Source: Octopus sinensis
Taxonomy: Eukaryota
Direction of reading: 5' to 3'
Assembly: GCF_006345805.1 (NCBI RefSeq)
Contig: NC_043001.1
Location: 21,576,001-21,640,000 of the forward strand
DNA: 64,000 nucleotides
Shown: positions 27,746 to 41,143 of the stretch, in pieces
How positions within the stretch are numbered: position 1 is the first letter of the stretch
Layout: every line of letters begins with the position of its first letter
The notes under the pieces: generated by a model
What the model was told of the DNA's origin: nothing
Database searches by the model: none
The model's input: the letters and a program-made list of their open reading frames with translations, nothing else
Translations under genes and position numbers: made by a program

Positions 27746-28446
27746 AAACTTGATAGACTTTCAAAGAATGAATTCGTCTGGGTTTGTTGTGAATCGCCCA
27801 CAAATAGTTAAAAGAGAAATTTTTGGTATGTTGTTAAGAAAGGATAGAATCTGTTGTCACGTGGAACCAGTCACGAACGGCTGTTGCCTCCATGAAGATC
27901 ATTATAGCTTGATAAATAATAGAAAATTAATAAGTATCATTTTATGGCACCGCTCTTCCACAGCTCGTGTCTTTGACCTTCTCTCTCTCTCTCTCTTTCT
28001 AGGCTACATATAAAAACATAAGTATGTTTGTGTATGTAAATGTCTGCATAAAAAAGTGGAATTTATATATGAACTACTGTGAAGTTATATCTGAAAGTTA
28101 TTTATTAAAATAAATACACGCATACAGGCTCAAACATACACACACGTACTCACTCACGCATGTGTACACTCTCCATAAAAACACACACATATCAACATAT
28201 AAGAATCGTATAAGCCACTGGTACAAATTGAAAAAAATCATCAAATACGGCAATAATCCACAGCCCGAGATGAGAATATGCCGGACTAGCGTCATATTGA
28301 TTCTCTTTAGTAAACTAGGCTACACTATATTAAACATCAAGAAGGCTCGTATGCAGCTACTAGAAATGGTATGCAAAAATACATAATATAATCCAGAAAT
28401 CATGGATACACATACATGCATACGTCAGTATACATGTGTATGTATA

Positions 28447-28555
28447 CATGTATGTATGTATGTATGTATGTATGTATGTATGTATGTATGTATGTATGTA
28501 TGTATGTATGTATGTATGTATGTATGTATGTATGTATGTATGTATGTATGTATGC
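28447..28555. repeat. (TATG)n microsatellite
   Basis: Direct reading. Confidence 0.95.
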
Positions 28556-29074
28556 TAGTATATATATATATACATGTGTGTGTGTGCAATTAACAAATTT
28601 AGAGCTTACGTCATGCTGAAGGTTGCTAAAAAGAATGAAATGGTATTATATATGATTACCACTAACTAGAAATTGTAAGAATTTTGCAAAAGATAAAATA
28701 CATAAAATAATTTAAATTAGTTACTTATATATGTGAACTCTTTGCATACTTTTCATATTTCTTGCCTTCACATTCAAAATATTAATCCTACCTCACGTTG
28801 TGAAGAGACTGTCAACTCCCTATAAATTAGTAGCGCTCCAAAGCTCACCACGAGTTCATATGAAACTAAAAAAAAAGAATATGAGACGCCATGACAATAT
28901 AGCAAGGCTTGTCAATTGGACACTTTGGAACAAGTATGGACTTGACAGAGCAAAAAAGTGGTATGAACATAAACCCGAAGGCATTATCGAAAACGATAAT
29001 GCAAAGATCCTATGGGATTTTATGATTCAGTACGACCCATGAGACAGAAAATAGGAAACCAGACATGGTGTTAA

Positions 29075-31572
29075 CCTTCTGTCTACCAATGGGTCCAATG
29101 GACCCATCTCAGTTTTTTTTTTAGTTGCTTTTTCCTACTGTTTATGTTATTTAATTCTGCTGATTTCTCGTGACTTATTTTTTCTTGAATCTTTTATTTG
29201 TCAAATGGAAAATTTTCCGTATGTTTATAAAAGCTAAAAAATTTCACTTGATATATTAATTACCGTATGGGTCCATTGGACCCTCGAATTAAATTGAGAC
29301 AATACTCTTGTCATTCTAAACAGAATAAAAGCAGTATCAAATATTATTTTCCTAGATATTTATCAGATATAAAGTAGATAAAATTGTATTCAATTTATTT
29401 GCTGAATTTTAGATAAAATAGGAAAAATTATGAAAATTCTCCTGTAAATTTGTGTGGTATTCCATCACCTTCAGTCTGCTAGGTTATAGGGTGATGCAAT
29501 ATTTCTATGTGATGACGCAATTCTTACAATATACTGCATCAGCTTTCAGGAGAGTATAAATATGTGAGGGAGCAATATTTGCCTTTTGACTGCTATCAAG
29601 TTTCATATTGTTCAGTTGTGCTTTCCAATATGCCTAGATGTGAACACTCGAGTGAAGACCAAATATTGAAAAGGTTACTGGAATTAAATGAAGAATGGGA
29701 AGAAGGTACTAGCGATTCCTTCTATTGCTGTGAAGATGATAGTGATAGTGAAAGTGATTGTGTGCTGGATAGTTTAGGTTCTGTGTCATCAGATGATGAA
29801 GAAACTCAAAAACAATTATCTGCAAGCTACCCAGTTATGAATGAGCAATGTGGTTTTAAAGACAGTCAAGAAGTTTGGCATTCTAATCCTCTTACTCAAG
29901 CAGCAGTAAGAACTTCGTCTTGCAATATTGTATTTCAAGAATGTGTACCATCCGTTTTGCTAAAAGGCCTTGCGATAGCATTGAAATATGTTTTACTATC
30001 TTTATGCACCAGTATCTTCTTGAAGTAATTCGTAAATGGACAAATGCTGAAGGCCAGGTTGTTTACAAAGATAAATGGAAGGAAATTGATCACTCTGAAC
30101 TAAAGAAATTTATTGGACTGATTATTCTTATAGGTGTTTATAAATCTAAACATGAAAATGTCGCACAGTTATGGAGTCAAGAAGATGGCTGCCCAATATT
30201 CAACAAAATTATGAGCCGGGGAAGATTTCAACAGATTTTACAAGTATTGCGTTTTGATGCTGCAAATGCAAGAAGATAAAAGCTAAGTGATGATAAATTG
30301 GAGCCCATAAGAGAAGTATTTGAAAAGTAGAATCAGAATTTGCAGTATGGATATGTCCCAAATTCATGCATGACACTTGATGAACAATTAGCTTCATTCA
30401 GAGGGCGCTGCCCATTCCGGATATATTTTCCTTCAAAACCAGAGAAATGTGGAATTAAAATTTGGGCAGTATGTGACAGTGAAACATCTTATGCTTGGAA
30501 AATACAAATCTACACTGGGAAAGACCCAGTAAAATGGAAAGAGACAAATCACGGTTCAAGGGTTGTTGAAGACCGAGTAAAAGAACTTGAAAATACTGGT
30601 CGCAATATAACTTATGATTATTTTTTACAAGTCTAGGCTTGGCTCGAAAGCTGCTTTGCAAGAAAACTACTCGAGTTGGAACAATTAGAAAGAACGGAGT
30701 AGAACTTCCAAGTGCTTTCACAAATGGAAAAGAAAGAGAAATCAACTGCACAATATTTGGATTTCAAAAGGATTCTATGATCCTATCTTATTATCCCAGG
30801 AAAAATTATGTAGTCACCACACTTATGAGTACAATGCACTCTCAGCCTTCAATTGATTCAAAAAGTGCTGAAAAGAAATCTGAAGTTATTACATGTTACA
30901 ACAAAACAAAAGGAGAAGTAGATACCCTAGATAAAATGTTAAGGACATACACTTGCAAAAGAATGACTTCAAGATAGCCTATGGTTATATTCTACAACAT
31001 GATTGATATAAGTGCAGTGAATGCTAAACAGCACCACTTGCAAATATTCAAGGATAAAAGAAGGCAGTGCCTAATTCAGTTAGGAAAGGAACTTGCTGGA
31101 GTTAATGCTAAACAAGAACATGACAAACAATCTTCTAGTTTCGCTAACATTTCTCGAACAAGAAAAGAAAATGTTCTTCAACCTCGCTTGAGATTCTTCA
31201 GCCAAAGAAAAAAGGAAGGTATTCTTTGTGTAACCCAAAAAAGACAGGAAAACTCGTACTACATGTAAGAATTATAATATCCATGTTTGCCAAGAACATT
31301 CCAATGTTGTCTGCATTCACTGCCATAAAGAGCTGTAATTCAGTATCTTTGTAATTTTTTAAAATTTATATATTCTCTAAGTATATATATATATTTTTTT
31401 TTTTCTCACAAAAATTTATGAGAGACAGCAATTCTTCATTCACCTGATAGCATATATAATGTAACTAAGAAATAGTGATATAGTTTGAATAAAATTTAGT
31501 TAAAAGAAAACAATTAGGTCCATTGGACCAGTTGGTAATTAGCGACACACATTTTCTCTGGTAGACGAAGGG
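29075..31572 (+). mobile_element. piggyBac DNA transposon, complete but decayed (~2.5 kb)
   Basis: TTAA TSD at 29071-29074 and 31573-31576; imperfect TIR CCTTCTGTCTACCA versus (rc) CCCTTCGTCTACCA; subterminal palindromes GGTCCA(A/T)TGGACC. Confidence 0.92.
29629..31335 (+). pseudogene. piggyBac (PGBD4-like) transposase pseudogene
   Basis: Fragments MSRGRFQQIL..LRFD, TLDEQLASFRGRCPF..PSKP.K.GIKIW, GTIRKN, YNKTKGEVDTLD, FYNMIDISAVNA; stops and frameshifts present. Confidence 0.9.
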
Positions 31573-31944
31573 TTAATTGAGAAAGAAAGCAAACGATGTT
31601 GGAGCATAGATATAGCATGCCAAGCTGATAACATGGTATGCGATAAGGAAGAAAGAAAAGTCGATAGATATGACATGTTAGCTTGGGAGGTTAAGCTGTT
31701 GTGGTCGATGAAAAAGGTGGTAGTAGTACCAATAATTGTCGGAGCCCTGGGAACAGAGAGTAAAACTCTTGAGAAGAACATGGAACAAATAGGGGCTGCA
31801 ATAGGGGTGGAGCACTTGCAGAAAACAGAACCGCTCGAATATTTCGGATGGTGCTCGATAAATAAGGGGCTACCTTATTTCACTGGTAGTGAACTGCTGG
31901 CACCGTAGTAAATCTCCAGTGTTAGAAGCTGTACAAAGACAATA

Positions 31945-31978
<34 letters not shown>

Positions 31979-31979
31979 T

Positions 31980-32362
31980 GCAGTACCAGGCAGTGGCTCT
32001 CATGGCTTCTGATCTTGACTGATTGGAAGTGTTATCATGTACATTGTTTTGTCTTGGTATAAAAGATGGGCTACAGCAAATATTCTGCTCAATACCACAG
32101 ATTTGCTTGTCAGTTGTTTGACCTTAACCAGTTGAGCATGTCCCTTAGTGGCTGACGATATGTGCATCTCTGATCACGAGCAGAAGTAGTGGGGGAGCAT
32201 CATAGCCATGTGTTGAGAGGGATTCTTTGGGGTTTGAATAATTCACCTCTGGAAACATGGGTGGTTCTTTCAACATCCTTAAACAACCCTTATTCAGAGA
32301 CCTTTTGAGCGGGATGGGCTACTCAACCTGAAGAAATTTCTAACTGGGCCCCACCTGCAAGG
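31980..32362 (+). mobile_element. Retroposon family D (partial)
   Basis: Reverse complement of 18300-18690. Confidence 0.7.
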
Positions 32363-33187
32363 ATGCTGATTATGGAGTGTATGAACCTATTTGGCATTGC
32401 ATCGAATGTTGAACGATTGCTTGGGAAAAGTATGGCGAATTGGAGGATGGACCTGACAGCATACGGAATAAGCTTCGGGGCAGTAGAAATTGGGAGGGGC
32501 ATCTTTGTACTGTCCCCACTGATCTTTGTACTGTGCTTGATACCACTAACACTGATTCTGAGGAAAGCAAAAGCTGGGTATGTATTCAAAAGCCGCCAAC
32601 AAAAAGTCAAACATTTGTTATTCATGGGTGACCTCAAACTTTGTGGTAAAGATGAAGCCCAAGTCAGTTCTCTCGTTGATACAGTATATACCTTCAGTGC
32701 TGATATCGGAATGGAGTTCGGACTGAGAAAGTGTGGTGTATTAGACTTGAAGATAGGCAAAATCAAATGTATGGACGGGCTAGCGATACCGTTGGGGGAG
32801 GTTATGAGCAGATAGAAGAGACGGGCTATAAGTACTTGGGGATTTTGGAAAGGGATAAATTGGTGGAGAAAGAAATGACAGAAAAATTTAAGGTGGCGTA
32901 CTTGCGCAGACTGAGACTGATGCTAAAGTTGAAACTGAATGGACGGAATAAGATCGAAGCTATCGACCCCTGGGCGGTTTCACTCCTTAGATATGTATGC
33001 ATGAAGAGTAGATGAACTAAACAGCTTAAACAGAAAGACAAGGAAGTTTCTAACTAGATATGGGTCACTCCACCCAAAAAGTGACATAGATAGACTGTAT
33101 GTACCAAGAAAAAGTGGGGGAAGAGGACTTATTGGATGCGAACACAGCATTAGAGCAGAAGAAAACAGTATAGCATGGTATGTGAGA
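32363..33187 (+). pseudogene. R4/Dong-like LINE reverse transcriptase fragment
   Basis: LSPLIFVLCLIPL, HLLFMGDLKL, DIGMEFGLRKC, YKYLGILE, LNGRNKIEAI, DRLYVPRKSGGRGL. Confidence 0.85.
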
Positions 33188-33536
33188 AAGTATGTAATTA
33201 TATGTATATCTGTGTGCATGTATGTATGTATGTATGTATTATGTATGTATGTATGTATGTATGTATGTATGTATGTATGTATGTATGTATGTATGTATAT
33301 GTGTGTGCGTGTGTGTGTGTATGGGGAGAATTCACAAAAAAAAAAGACGAAGACAGGCGTTGTGGACAACAAACAGATGTATTAGTTTGACGCTCGGGAA
33401 GTGAAAAAAGTATTTAACGTTTCGAGCCTACGCTCTTACACAGAAAGGAACACAGAAAAAAAAAACAAGGAGAGAAAATAAAGAAAAATATAAAGAATAT
33501 GTAGTGGTCAGCGATCTATCATGGCAAATGTATGTA

Positions 33537-33601
<65 letters not shown>

Positions 33602-33655
33602 GTATATATATAAGAAGTAAAATGTTTTTGTTATAGGCATGTATAAGATAAAATC

Positions 33656-33998
33656 TTATATAAAACACTACTAATAATTATATAAATGGAGAAGAGAAGA
33701 AGTTAACCGGATATTTGCAAATATCCGGTCAACTTCTCCGACATAGCTTCTTCGCTTTTCCTTCTAATTTTTTTTTCTGGTAATACCTTTTTTTATGTTT
33801 CCTTTAATTTTTTTACACTGACGAGAATGGTAATACATAACTATTTTAATTATTATAATTATTATTATTATTATTAATGTTCTTTCTTATGTTTATATTA
33901 CCATTTTAAATAGTCGTATGTGGAAATTAAATTCTAATTTGAACTTTTAATATCTTCTCTTCTCCATTTTTCTAATTGTTAGTAGTGTCTTATATAAG
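33656..33998. repeat. Foldback element with ~45-bp inverted ends and an internal hammerhead-like motif
   Basis: CTTATATAAAACACTACTAA..GGAGAAGAGAAGA mirrored at 33953-33998; hairpin 33697-33738; CUGACGA-stem-UAAA-UAGUCG-UA at 33818-33918. Confidence 0.6.
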
Positions 33999-33999
33999 A

Positions 34000-34398
34000 C
34001 TAGCAGTATCGCCCGGCGTTGCTCGGGTTTGTAAGGGAAATAACTATATAAGCATTTTTAGAGAGTTATAGCCAAAAAATAGCAAAAGAATGCATTAAAA
34101 ATGGAAAAAAAATTATGGTAAGTTTTTTTTTAAATCGTTGACTCATCGTAGACATTTTTAGAGAGTCACTTCCCTTATATAATAGCGAAAAAAATTCATT
34201 AAAATGGAAAAAAATGATGGTAAATTTTTTTTTAAATCGTAGACTCATCGTAGACGCGCGCTAATACCCAGAAGGGCTTGATATGAATCACGACTATAAG
34301 ATACCCGGTTTTGGTTAAACTGCACCGCAAAATGTGGGAGTAGTTAGGAATCTAAATCGTAGGAGACAGACATACAACTTCACTTTTATATATAAAGA
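34000..34398 (-). mobile_element. Non-autonomous Helitron
   Basis: Minus strand starts A|TC and ends with hairpin CCCGAGCAACGCCGGG then CTAG|T. Confidence 0.8.
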
Positions 34399-35123
34399 TT
34401 TTATCATACATGCCTATAACGAACTTTTTACTTGTTATATATATATATATATACGTGTGTGTATGTGTGTGTGTTTGTTTTTGAACCAATCTTCTATCTC
34501 CGTGCTGTTTTATAAGGCGTACGACTTCTGCCCGCTGCGTTTCGCGTGAACCCTGGCTCTTTTAAGACGAATGATGTTAACTTTTTCCAAGCACCGAAAT
34601 CGTAACGACTCCGGGTAATAAGTTGAAATATGTGGGGCGATGCTCTAGCACAACCGCAGTCAAATGACTGAAACAAGTAAAAGAAATAAAAGAATATGCA
34701 CTTGGAATTTCATATGGTGGGTCTTTGAATTGTACACGCTGGAGTCGAACTACTGACAGCTGATGATAGGGGATTTTTCCTTGTGTAGTATGTCCTGCAC
34801 TCTGTTTTTCTGTTGTATATGGTTTTTCCGTTTTCGTTTCTCGTTGAGTTCTACGTCTCTGTTTTTCTGTTGTAAAAAAATGGTTTTTCCGTTTTCGTTT
34901 CCCGTTGAGTTCTACGTCTAGTTGTGGTGTCCTGTACTCACGTATATATATTTATATGTGCATGTATATATATATGTAGATGTAGGTACGTACATATATG
35001 TTTGTATGTATGCATACATTTTATTTATTACACTATTGTTTGACAGCGCCCTCGCGTCGGGTTCGATTCGATTCGTTCGCTTCGTTCCGTTTCTTATTCT
35101 CCCAATACTGTTTTATATATATA

Positions 35124-35511
35124 CTAGCAGTATCGCCCGGCGTTGCTCGGGTTTGTAAGGGAAATAACTATATAAGCATTTTTAGAGAGTTATAGCCAAA
35201 AAATAGCAAAAAAAATGCATTAAAAATGGAAAAAAAATTATGGTAAATTTTTTTTTAAATCGTTGACTCATCGTAGACATTTTTAGAGAGTTACTTCCCT
35301 TATATAAAACCGAGTAAAAAATGTATTAAAATGGAAAAAAATGATGGTAAATTATTTTTAAAATCGTAGACTCATCGTAGACGCGCGCGCTAATACCCAG
35401 AAGGGCTCGATATGAATCACGACTATAAGATACCCGGTTTTGGTTAAACTGCACCGCAAAATGTGGGAGTAGTCAGGAATCTAAATCGTAGGAGACAGAC
35501 ACACAACCTTA

Positions 35512-35520
<9 letters not shown>
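35124..35520 (-). mobile_element. Non-autonomous Helitron (near-identical to 34000-34398)
   Basis: Same body and hairpin-CTAG end; 5' end runs into (TA)n. Confidence 0.8.
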
Positions 35521-35563
<43 letters not shown>

Positions 35564-35849
35564 TTTCAACTACTATTTCTTTTCAGTTGATTTGCATTCA
35601 TGCAAGAGTTCATCCTGAATCGATTTCTATTTTGAACTTGTCTAAAGCCTTCTTTTCCGGAAGTTTTCTTTGCTGTTTATGTTCATTAGAGATAGGTTTA
35701 ATTTGTAATTTACTGGGAATGACCATCAGTGATTGTCACGAATTATAAAAGTAGTGCGAGATTGAAGAACCTGAAGCTATTCTGTATTTTGTCAACTCTA
35801 GACTATGTGCAAATATATCTGAATGTGTGTGTACATATGTGTATATATA

Positions 35850-35904
<55 letters not shown>

Positions 35905-35918
35905 AGTTTGAAAATGCC

Positions 35919-35968
<50 letters not shown>

Positions 35969-36367
35969 TAGAGACAGAGAGAAAGAAAAGAAAGAGGTAG
36001 ATAAAGATAGATATTTGTACATAAACGTGTACTCATGTATGTTTGTATAATATATATGAAAATATGTGTTTGTGAGAGAGAGATAGACAGACAGACAGAG
36101 AAAGAAAATGTGTGTGTACAGACTTCCAGTTAAAAAAAAATATGGCCAAAACCTTGTAGCACTAACTTTTCTACATACATACATACATACATACATACAT
36201 ACATACATACATACATACATACATACATACATACATACATACATACATACATACATACATACATACATACATACATACATACATGCATGCATGCGTGATG
36301 ACACATGTACATATGTACTTTTGTGTGTGCGTTTGCGTATGCGTTAGACGTTAGACGCTTGTTTACA

Positions 36368-36722
36368 TACTCTTTTACTCTTTTACTTGTTTCAGTCATT
36401 TGACTGCGGCCATGCTGAAGCACCGCCTTTAGTCGAGCAAATCGACCCCGGGACTTATTATTTGTAAGCCCAGTACTTATTCTATCGGTCTCTTATGCCG
36501 AACCGCTAAGTGACGGGGACGTAAACACACCAGCATCGGTTGTCAAGTAATGCTAGGAAGACAAACACAGACACACAAACATATACACACACACATATAT
36601 ATATATATACATATATGCGACGGGCTTCTTTCAGTTTCCGTCTACCAAATCCACTCACAAGGCATTGGTCGGCCCGGGGCTATAGCAGAAGACACTTGCC
36701 CAAGATGCCACGCAGTGGGACT
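36368..36722 (-). mobile_element. SINE family A
   Basis: Reverse complement of family A; head truncated. Confidence 0.8.
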
Positions 36723-37120
36723 GGTATATTTAATTTAATTTAATTTATAGAACTCCATTATACAAATATACTGTATATATATATATGACGGGCTTCTTTC
36801 AGTTTCCGTCTACCAAATCCACTCACAAGGTATTGGTCGGCCCGGGGCTATAGCAGAAGACACTTGCCCAAGATGCCACGCAGTGGGACTGGTATATTTA
36901 ATTTAATTTAATTTAATTTATAGAACTCCTTTATACAAATATACTGTATATATATATATATGACGGGCTTCTTTCAGTTTCCGTCTACCAAATCCACTCA
37001 CAAGGCATTGGTCGGCCCGGGGCTAGAGCAGAAGACACTTGCCCAAGATGCCACGCAGTGGGACTGGTATATTTAATTTAATTTAATTTATAGAACTCCA
37101 TTATACAAATATACTGTATA
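36619..37120. repeat. Three tandem ~170-bp copies of a SINE A fragment plus unique flank
   Basis: GACGGGCTTCTTTC...GGGACTGGTATATTTAATT...ATACTGTATA repeated 3 times. Confidence 0.9.
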
Positions 37121-37142
37121 TTGCTTCTATTTTTCGTTTCAG

Positions 37143-37322
37143 AGAGGTACAAACTTCTACAACAATATGCTAAGTTCGATGCATACATCAATCGGCCTTT
37201 ACAATCTCGCTGGCTTTGGAATCTCCCATCGAGGTTTACCGTTGCAGAACTACGACACCCTCAGCAGTGCTTCTTCCAACAGCAGCAACAACAACTACAA
37301 TGATGAATCCAACCAAATGACA
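37143..37322 (+). CDS. Candidate 180-nt phase 0-0 host coding exon, Ser/Asn-rich, unknown gene
   Basis: Acceptor TTTTTCGTTTCAG, donor ACA|GTAAGC, only one + frame open: RGTNFYNNMLSSMHTSIGLYNLAGFG...NDESNQMT. Confidence 0.5.
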
Positions 37323-37699
37323 GTAAGCTTGAATGGCAAACACAACAGTGAACTGAAGTCCCCTGATCATGCTTCGTTATTGACTGTCTTGCATAGGCGT
37401 GCTCCTTACTTCGGTGGAACGACAGATATAAATTAATTTGTGAATTTGAGAAAAAGCACAACATCCGAATCATTGACTTTGAATATGGTGAAAAATAATG
37501 ACTGGCAACACTAATATATTTCCTGATATTCACTGAATTCTTTATTCTAACCAATTATACTTGCCTGCTTGATATTTCTGCTTGTTTTACCAAATGTTTT
37601 CATCGTTTAGTTTGTTTGTTTTTTTATATCGTTGTTCAAGTATTCAGTCAACATAAAGTCTTATTATTATTATTGTTATTACTGTTGTTATTATTATTA

Positions 37700-37737
<38 letters not shown>

Positions 37738-38238
37738 GAGTGAGAGACCAGTGCATGCCATCAAAGTGACACTGGGGTAAAATATACGAAGCCCAATATA
37801 CCCATCATGACTACCCGTCTGATAAAGGTACACCAGGCACATGCATCACAACCATATGTGCGCGACATGGTGATCTCATATCAAGATAAACAGCACATGA
37901 CCTTGCAGGTGGGGCCCAGTTAGAATTTTCTTCAGGTTGAGTAGCCCATCCCGCTCAAAAGGTCTCTGAATAAGGGTTGTTTAAGGATGTTGAAAGAACC
38001 ACCCATGTTTCCAGAGGTGAATTATTCAAACCCCAAAGAATCCCTCTCAACACATGGCTATGATGCTCCCCCACTACTTCTGCTCGTGATCAGAGATGCA
38101 CATATCGTCAGCCACTAAGGGACATGCTCAACTGGTTAAGGTCAAACAACTGACAAGCAAATCTGTGGTATTGAGCAGAATATTTGCTGTAGCCCATCTT
38201 TTATACCAAGACAAAACAATGTACATGATAACACTTCC
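37738..38238 (-). mobile_element. Retroposon family D
   Basis: Family D match with long (ATT)n tail. Confidence 0.75.
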
Positions 38239-38289
38239 ACACAGATAAAATATGTATTTAAAAATTAATAAGTAAATAAATTCATGGAT

Positions 38290-38500
38290 GGATGTTATTT
38301 TCACAGCGATAGTGCTCTTCTCAGTACATGAGGCGTTCCAGTTAATACGATTTTTGCACTTCCTGTAGGGATGGTAAGCCTGGAATCATTTTCAAATAAG
38401 TTTCAGTACCTTTTTTTATGATTCCTAGAGATCCTACAATCACTGGTACTGTAGTCGCCTTGAGATGCCACATTTTTTCAATTTCTATTAGCAGGTCTTA
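38290..38500 (-). mobile_element. R4/Dong-like LINE 3' fragment
   Basis: Minus translation EKMWHLKATTVPVIVGSLGIIKKGTETYL...; similar to 55410-55610. Confidence 0.65.
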
Positions 38501-38579
38501 TATATTTACTAATCTTTTATTATTATTATCATCATCATCATCATTATTATCATTATTATTATTATTATTATTATTATTA

Positions 38580-38810
38580 AGGCGGCGAGCTGGCAGACAC
38601 GTTAGCACGGCGGGCGAAATGCTTACCGGTATTTCGTCTGCCGCTACGTTCTGCGTTCAAATTCCGCCGACGTCGACTTTGCCTTTCATCCTTTCGGAGT
38701 CGATAAATTAAGTACCAGTTACGCACTGGGGTCGATGTAATCGACTTAATCCGTTTGTCTGTCCTTGTTTGTCCCCTCTGTGTTTAGCTCCTTGTGGTAG
38801 TAAAGAAATA
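38580..38810 (+). mobile_element. SINE family B
   Basis: Head, core and shared tail. Confidence 0.85.
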
Positions 38811-38899
38811 GAAAATTTTAGGTTGTTTAAGGATGTTGAACGAAACACTCATGTTTCCAGAGGTTAATTATTCAAACCCCAAAGAATCCCTCTGAACAA

Positions 38900-39271
38900 A
38901 AGTTGGTTTAATCGCTCTTGAACGAACTCAACTGGACGGCCAGAACGAGGTGCGTCTTTGAGGTCAAAATTTCTATTTTTGAACTAGGCATACCAATCTT
39001 TCAGCTATGGCACCCTCTCCATACACAGCACAAATGTCGCGAGCAGCTTTTGCCGCCTTAGAACCTTGATTAAAAGCAAAAAGAAGGAGATGTCGAAAAT
39101 GCTCGTTTTTCTTAACTTGACATTCCATTGTAATGATCTGAAAATAAACAAAAATTAACTAAAATTAACTAGAAAAAAAAATAGATTCCAAAATGATTCA
39201 AAAATTAAATTCTCGAAAAAAATAAATTCCAAAATTTAATTTAAAAGGCGTGAACTTAGTTGCCAACCCAA
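38900..39271 (-). mobile_element. mariner 5' fragment
   Basis: TIR TTGGGTTGGCAACTAAGTTC; MECQVKKNEHFRHLLLFAFNQGSKAAKAARDICAVYGE..FDLKDAPRSGRP. Confidence 0.85.
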
Positions 39272-39917
39272 CTTAATCAACAACAAACATTTCGTTAATA
39301 TAAAAGTCTTTATTAGATTAAAAAAATAACATTATCAAAACATGAAGGTAAAACGAAACAAATAGCGGCTTATACACCAGAAAATACAGTAGTTATAGTG
39401 GCAGTGATAAATTCGCTCGCTGGTTGCTAGTTGATAGTGTAGAAGGGAGGGAAAGAGTAAGGAATGCACAGTGCTGACTAGAAAGGAAAAAAGGACAAAG
39501 GTGATTCGCTCGCCATACAAATAGAACAGCGTGGTGACATTTAATAGAGATGACCCGGAAGTCGTTCCTCTTCGATTACTATCGCAAACAGCAGTAGCTT
39601 TCTTCAACTGAATACACGTCGCTGATTGGTTGAAATTACCCAAATACGACAACTTTAACAGGAAATAACTTCTAAACTACGAAATTTTGTCAAAAACGTT
39701 CAGAGTAAACCATGTTCTACATGTGAAATTCTACCTGATTTCGAAGTTTGAAACTGTTTAGTTGGAAAAAAATTAATTAAAAAATCTGTGATTGAGATGG
39801 AATAGATCCCATAAAACATCTAATCAGTTAAGATCAAAAGCTCTGAGAGCCAATGCCTGGTACTGTATCAGGGCATTTATTACCATTATTATTATTGTTA
39901 TTGTAGTTGTTGTGAAA

Positions 39918-40355
39918 GGCGACAAGCTAGCAGAATCGTTAGCACGCTGGACGAAATGCTTTGCACCATTTCTTCAGTCTTTATGTTCTGAGTTCAAATT
40001 CCGCCGAGGTTGACTTTGCCTTTCATCCTTTTGGGGTCGATAAATTAAGTACCAATTCCGTACTGGGGTAGATCTAATCGACTAGTCCCCTCCCCCAAAA
40101 TCTCAGGCCTTGTGCCTATAGTAGAAAGGATTAGTGTTGTTGTTGTTGTTGTTGTTTGCGGCGAGCTGGCACAATTGTTTACACACAAGACAAAATGCTT
40201 AGCGGCATTTCATCCACCTTTTATGTTCTGAGTTCAAATTCCACCGAGGTCGACTTTGCTTTTCATCCTTTCGGGGCCGATAAAACAAGTACCAGTTGAG
40301 CACTGGAATCACCTTTGCCCAAAATTTCAGGCCTTGTACCTATAGTAGAAAAGAT
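39918..40355 (+). mobile_element. Two diverged SINE family B copies (alternative tail)
   Basis: Family B cores. Confidence 0.75.
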
Positions 40356-40809
40356 TATTAATTGTCTACCAAATAAATATTGTCGTTTCTAGAGTTAACG
40401 GAACTTGAAACCGCCATCCTTCTTCTCCATAATTCTAACAGTTCTACCAATCAGCTGTCCTGCCCGTGACTGGTGCTTATCGATCCTGAAAGAACGGAAG
40501 GCAAATGTGATGGTAATTAACGAAATCAAACATTTCCAGTTCGGAATATTTTTCATAAAATATACATGATACATAATTAACAATATCGAATCTGTGATAT
40601 TGACTTGGGAGATCATATAATTATTTCATTTTTGCTAAAGTCGACTTTGCGTTTCTTACTTTCAGTGTTGACAAATAAACTACCTGCTGATTACTGAGGT
40701 CGATCTAATCGGTCGTACTCATTCTGCACTCGAGTTCTAATGCTTACGTAAAAAAAAATCAATAGGGCGCCACCCGATTGATTTTTTTACGCCCACTTCT
40801 TACCATACA

Positions 40810-40966
40810 GACGGCGTGGGTGTTTGGTAAAAAGCTTGCTTCCCAACCACATGGTTCCGGGTTCAGTCCACTGTGTTGCACTATGGGCAGGTGTCTTCTA
40901 CTATAGGCCTCGGACCGACCAAAGCCTCGTGAATAGATTTAGTATACGGAAACTTAAAGAAGCCCA

Positions 40967-41010
<44 letters not shown>

Positions 41011-41143
41011 CAAAAGACACCGACAGAATAAGATCCAGGCTTTAAAAAGATGTACTGGTGTCGATTCATTCGACTTAAAATTTTTCAAGGCAGTGCTCCA
41101 GCATGGCCGAAGTCTAATAACTGAAACAAATAAGAGATAAAAG
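40810..41143 (+). mobile_element. SINE family A (diverged)
   Basis: Family A match. Confidence 0.7.

Larger units (their letters stand above)
28860..31945 (+). mobile_element. R4/Dong-like LINE 3' fragment (restriction-like endonuclease), split by piggyBac
   Basis: RRHDNIARLV..ILWDF..KPDMV (28880-29070) continues after 31573 as LIEKESKRCWSIDIAC..EVKLLWSMKKVVVVPIIVGALG; ends in (AAT)n. Confidence 0.85.

Noticed and set aside
39540-39640. Promoter-like CCGGAAGT and ATTGG motifs
   Set aside because: Short motifs occur by chance; no linked TSS evidence
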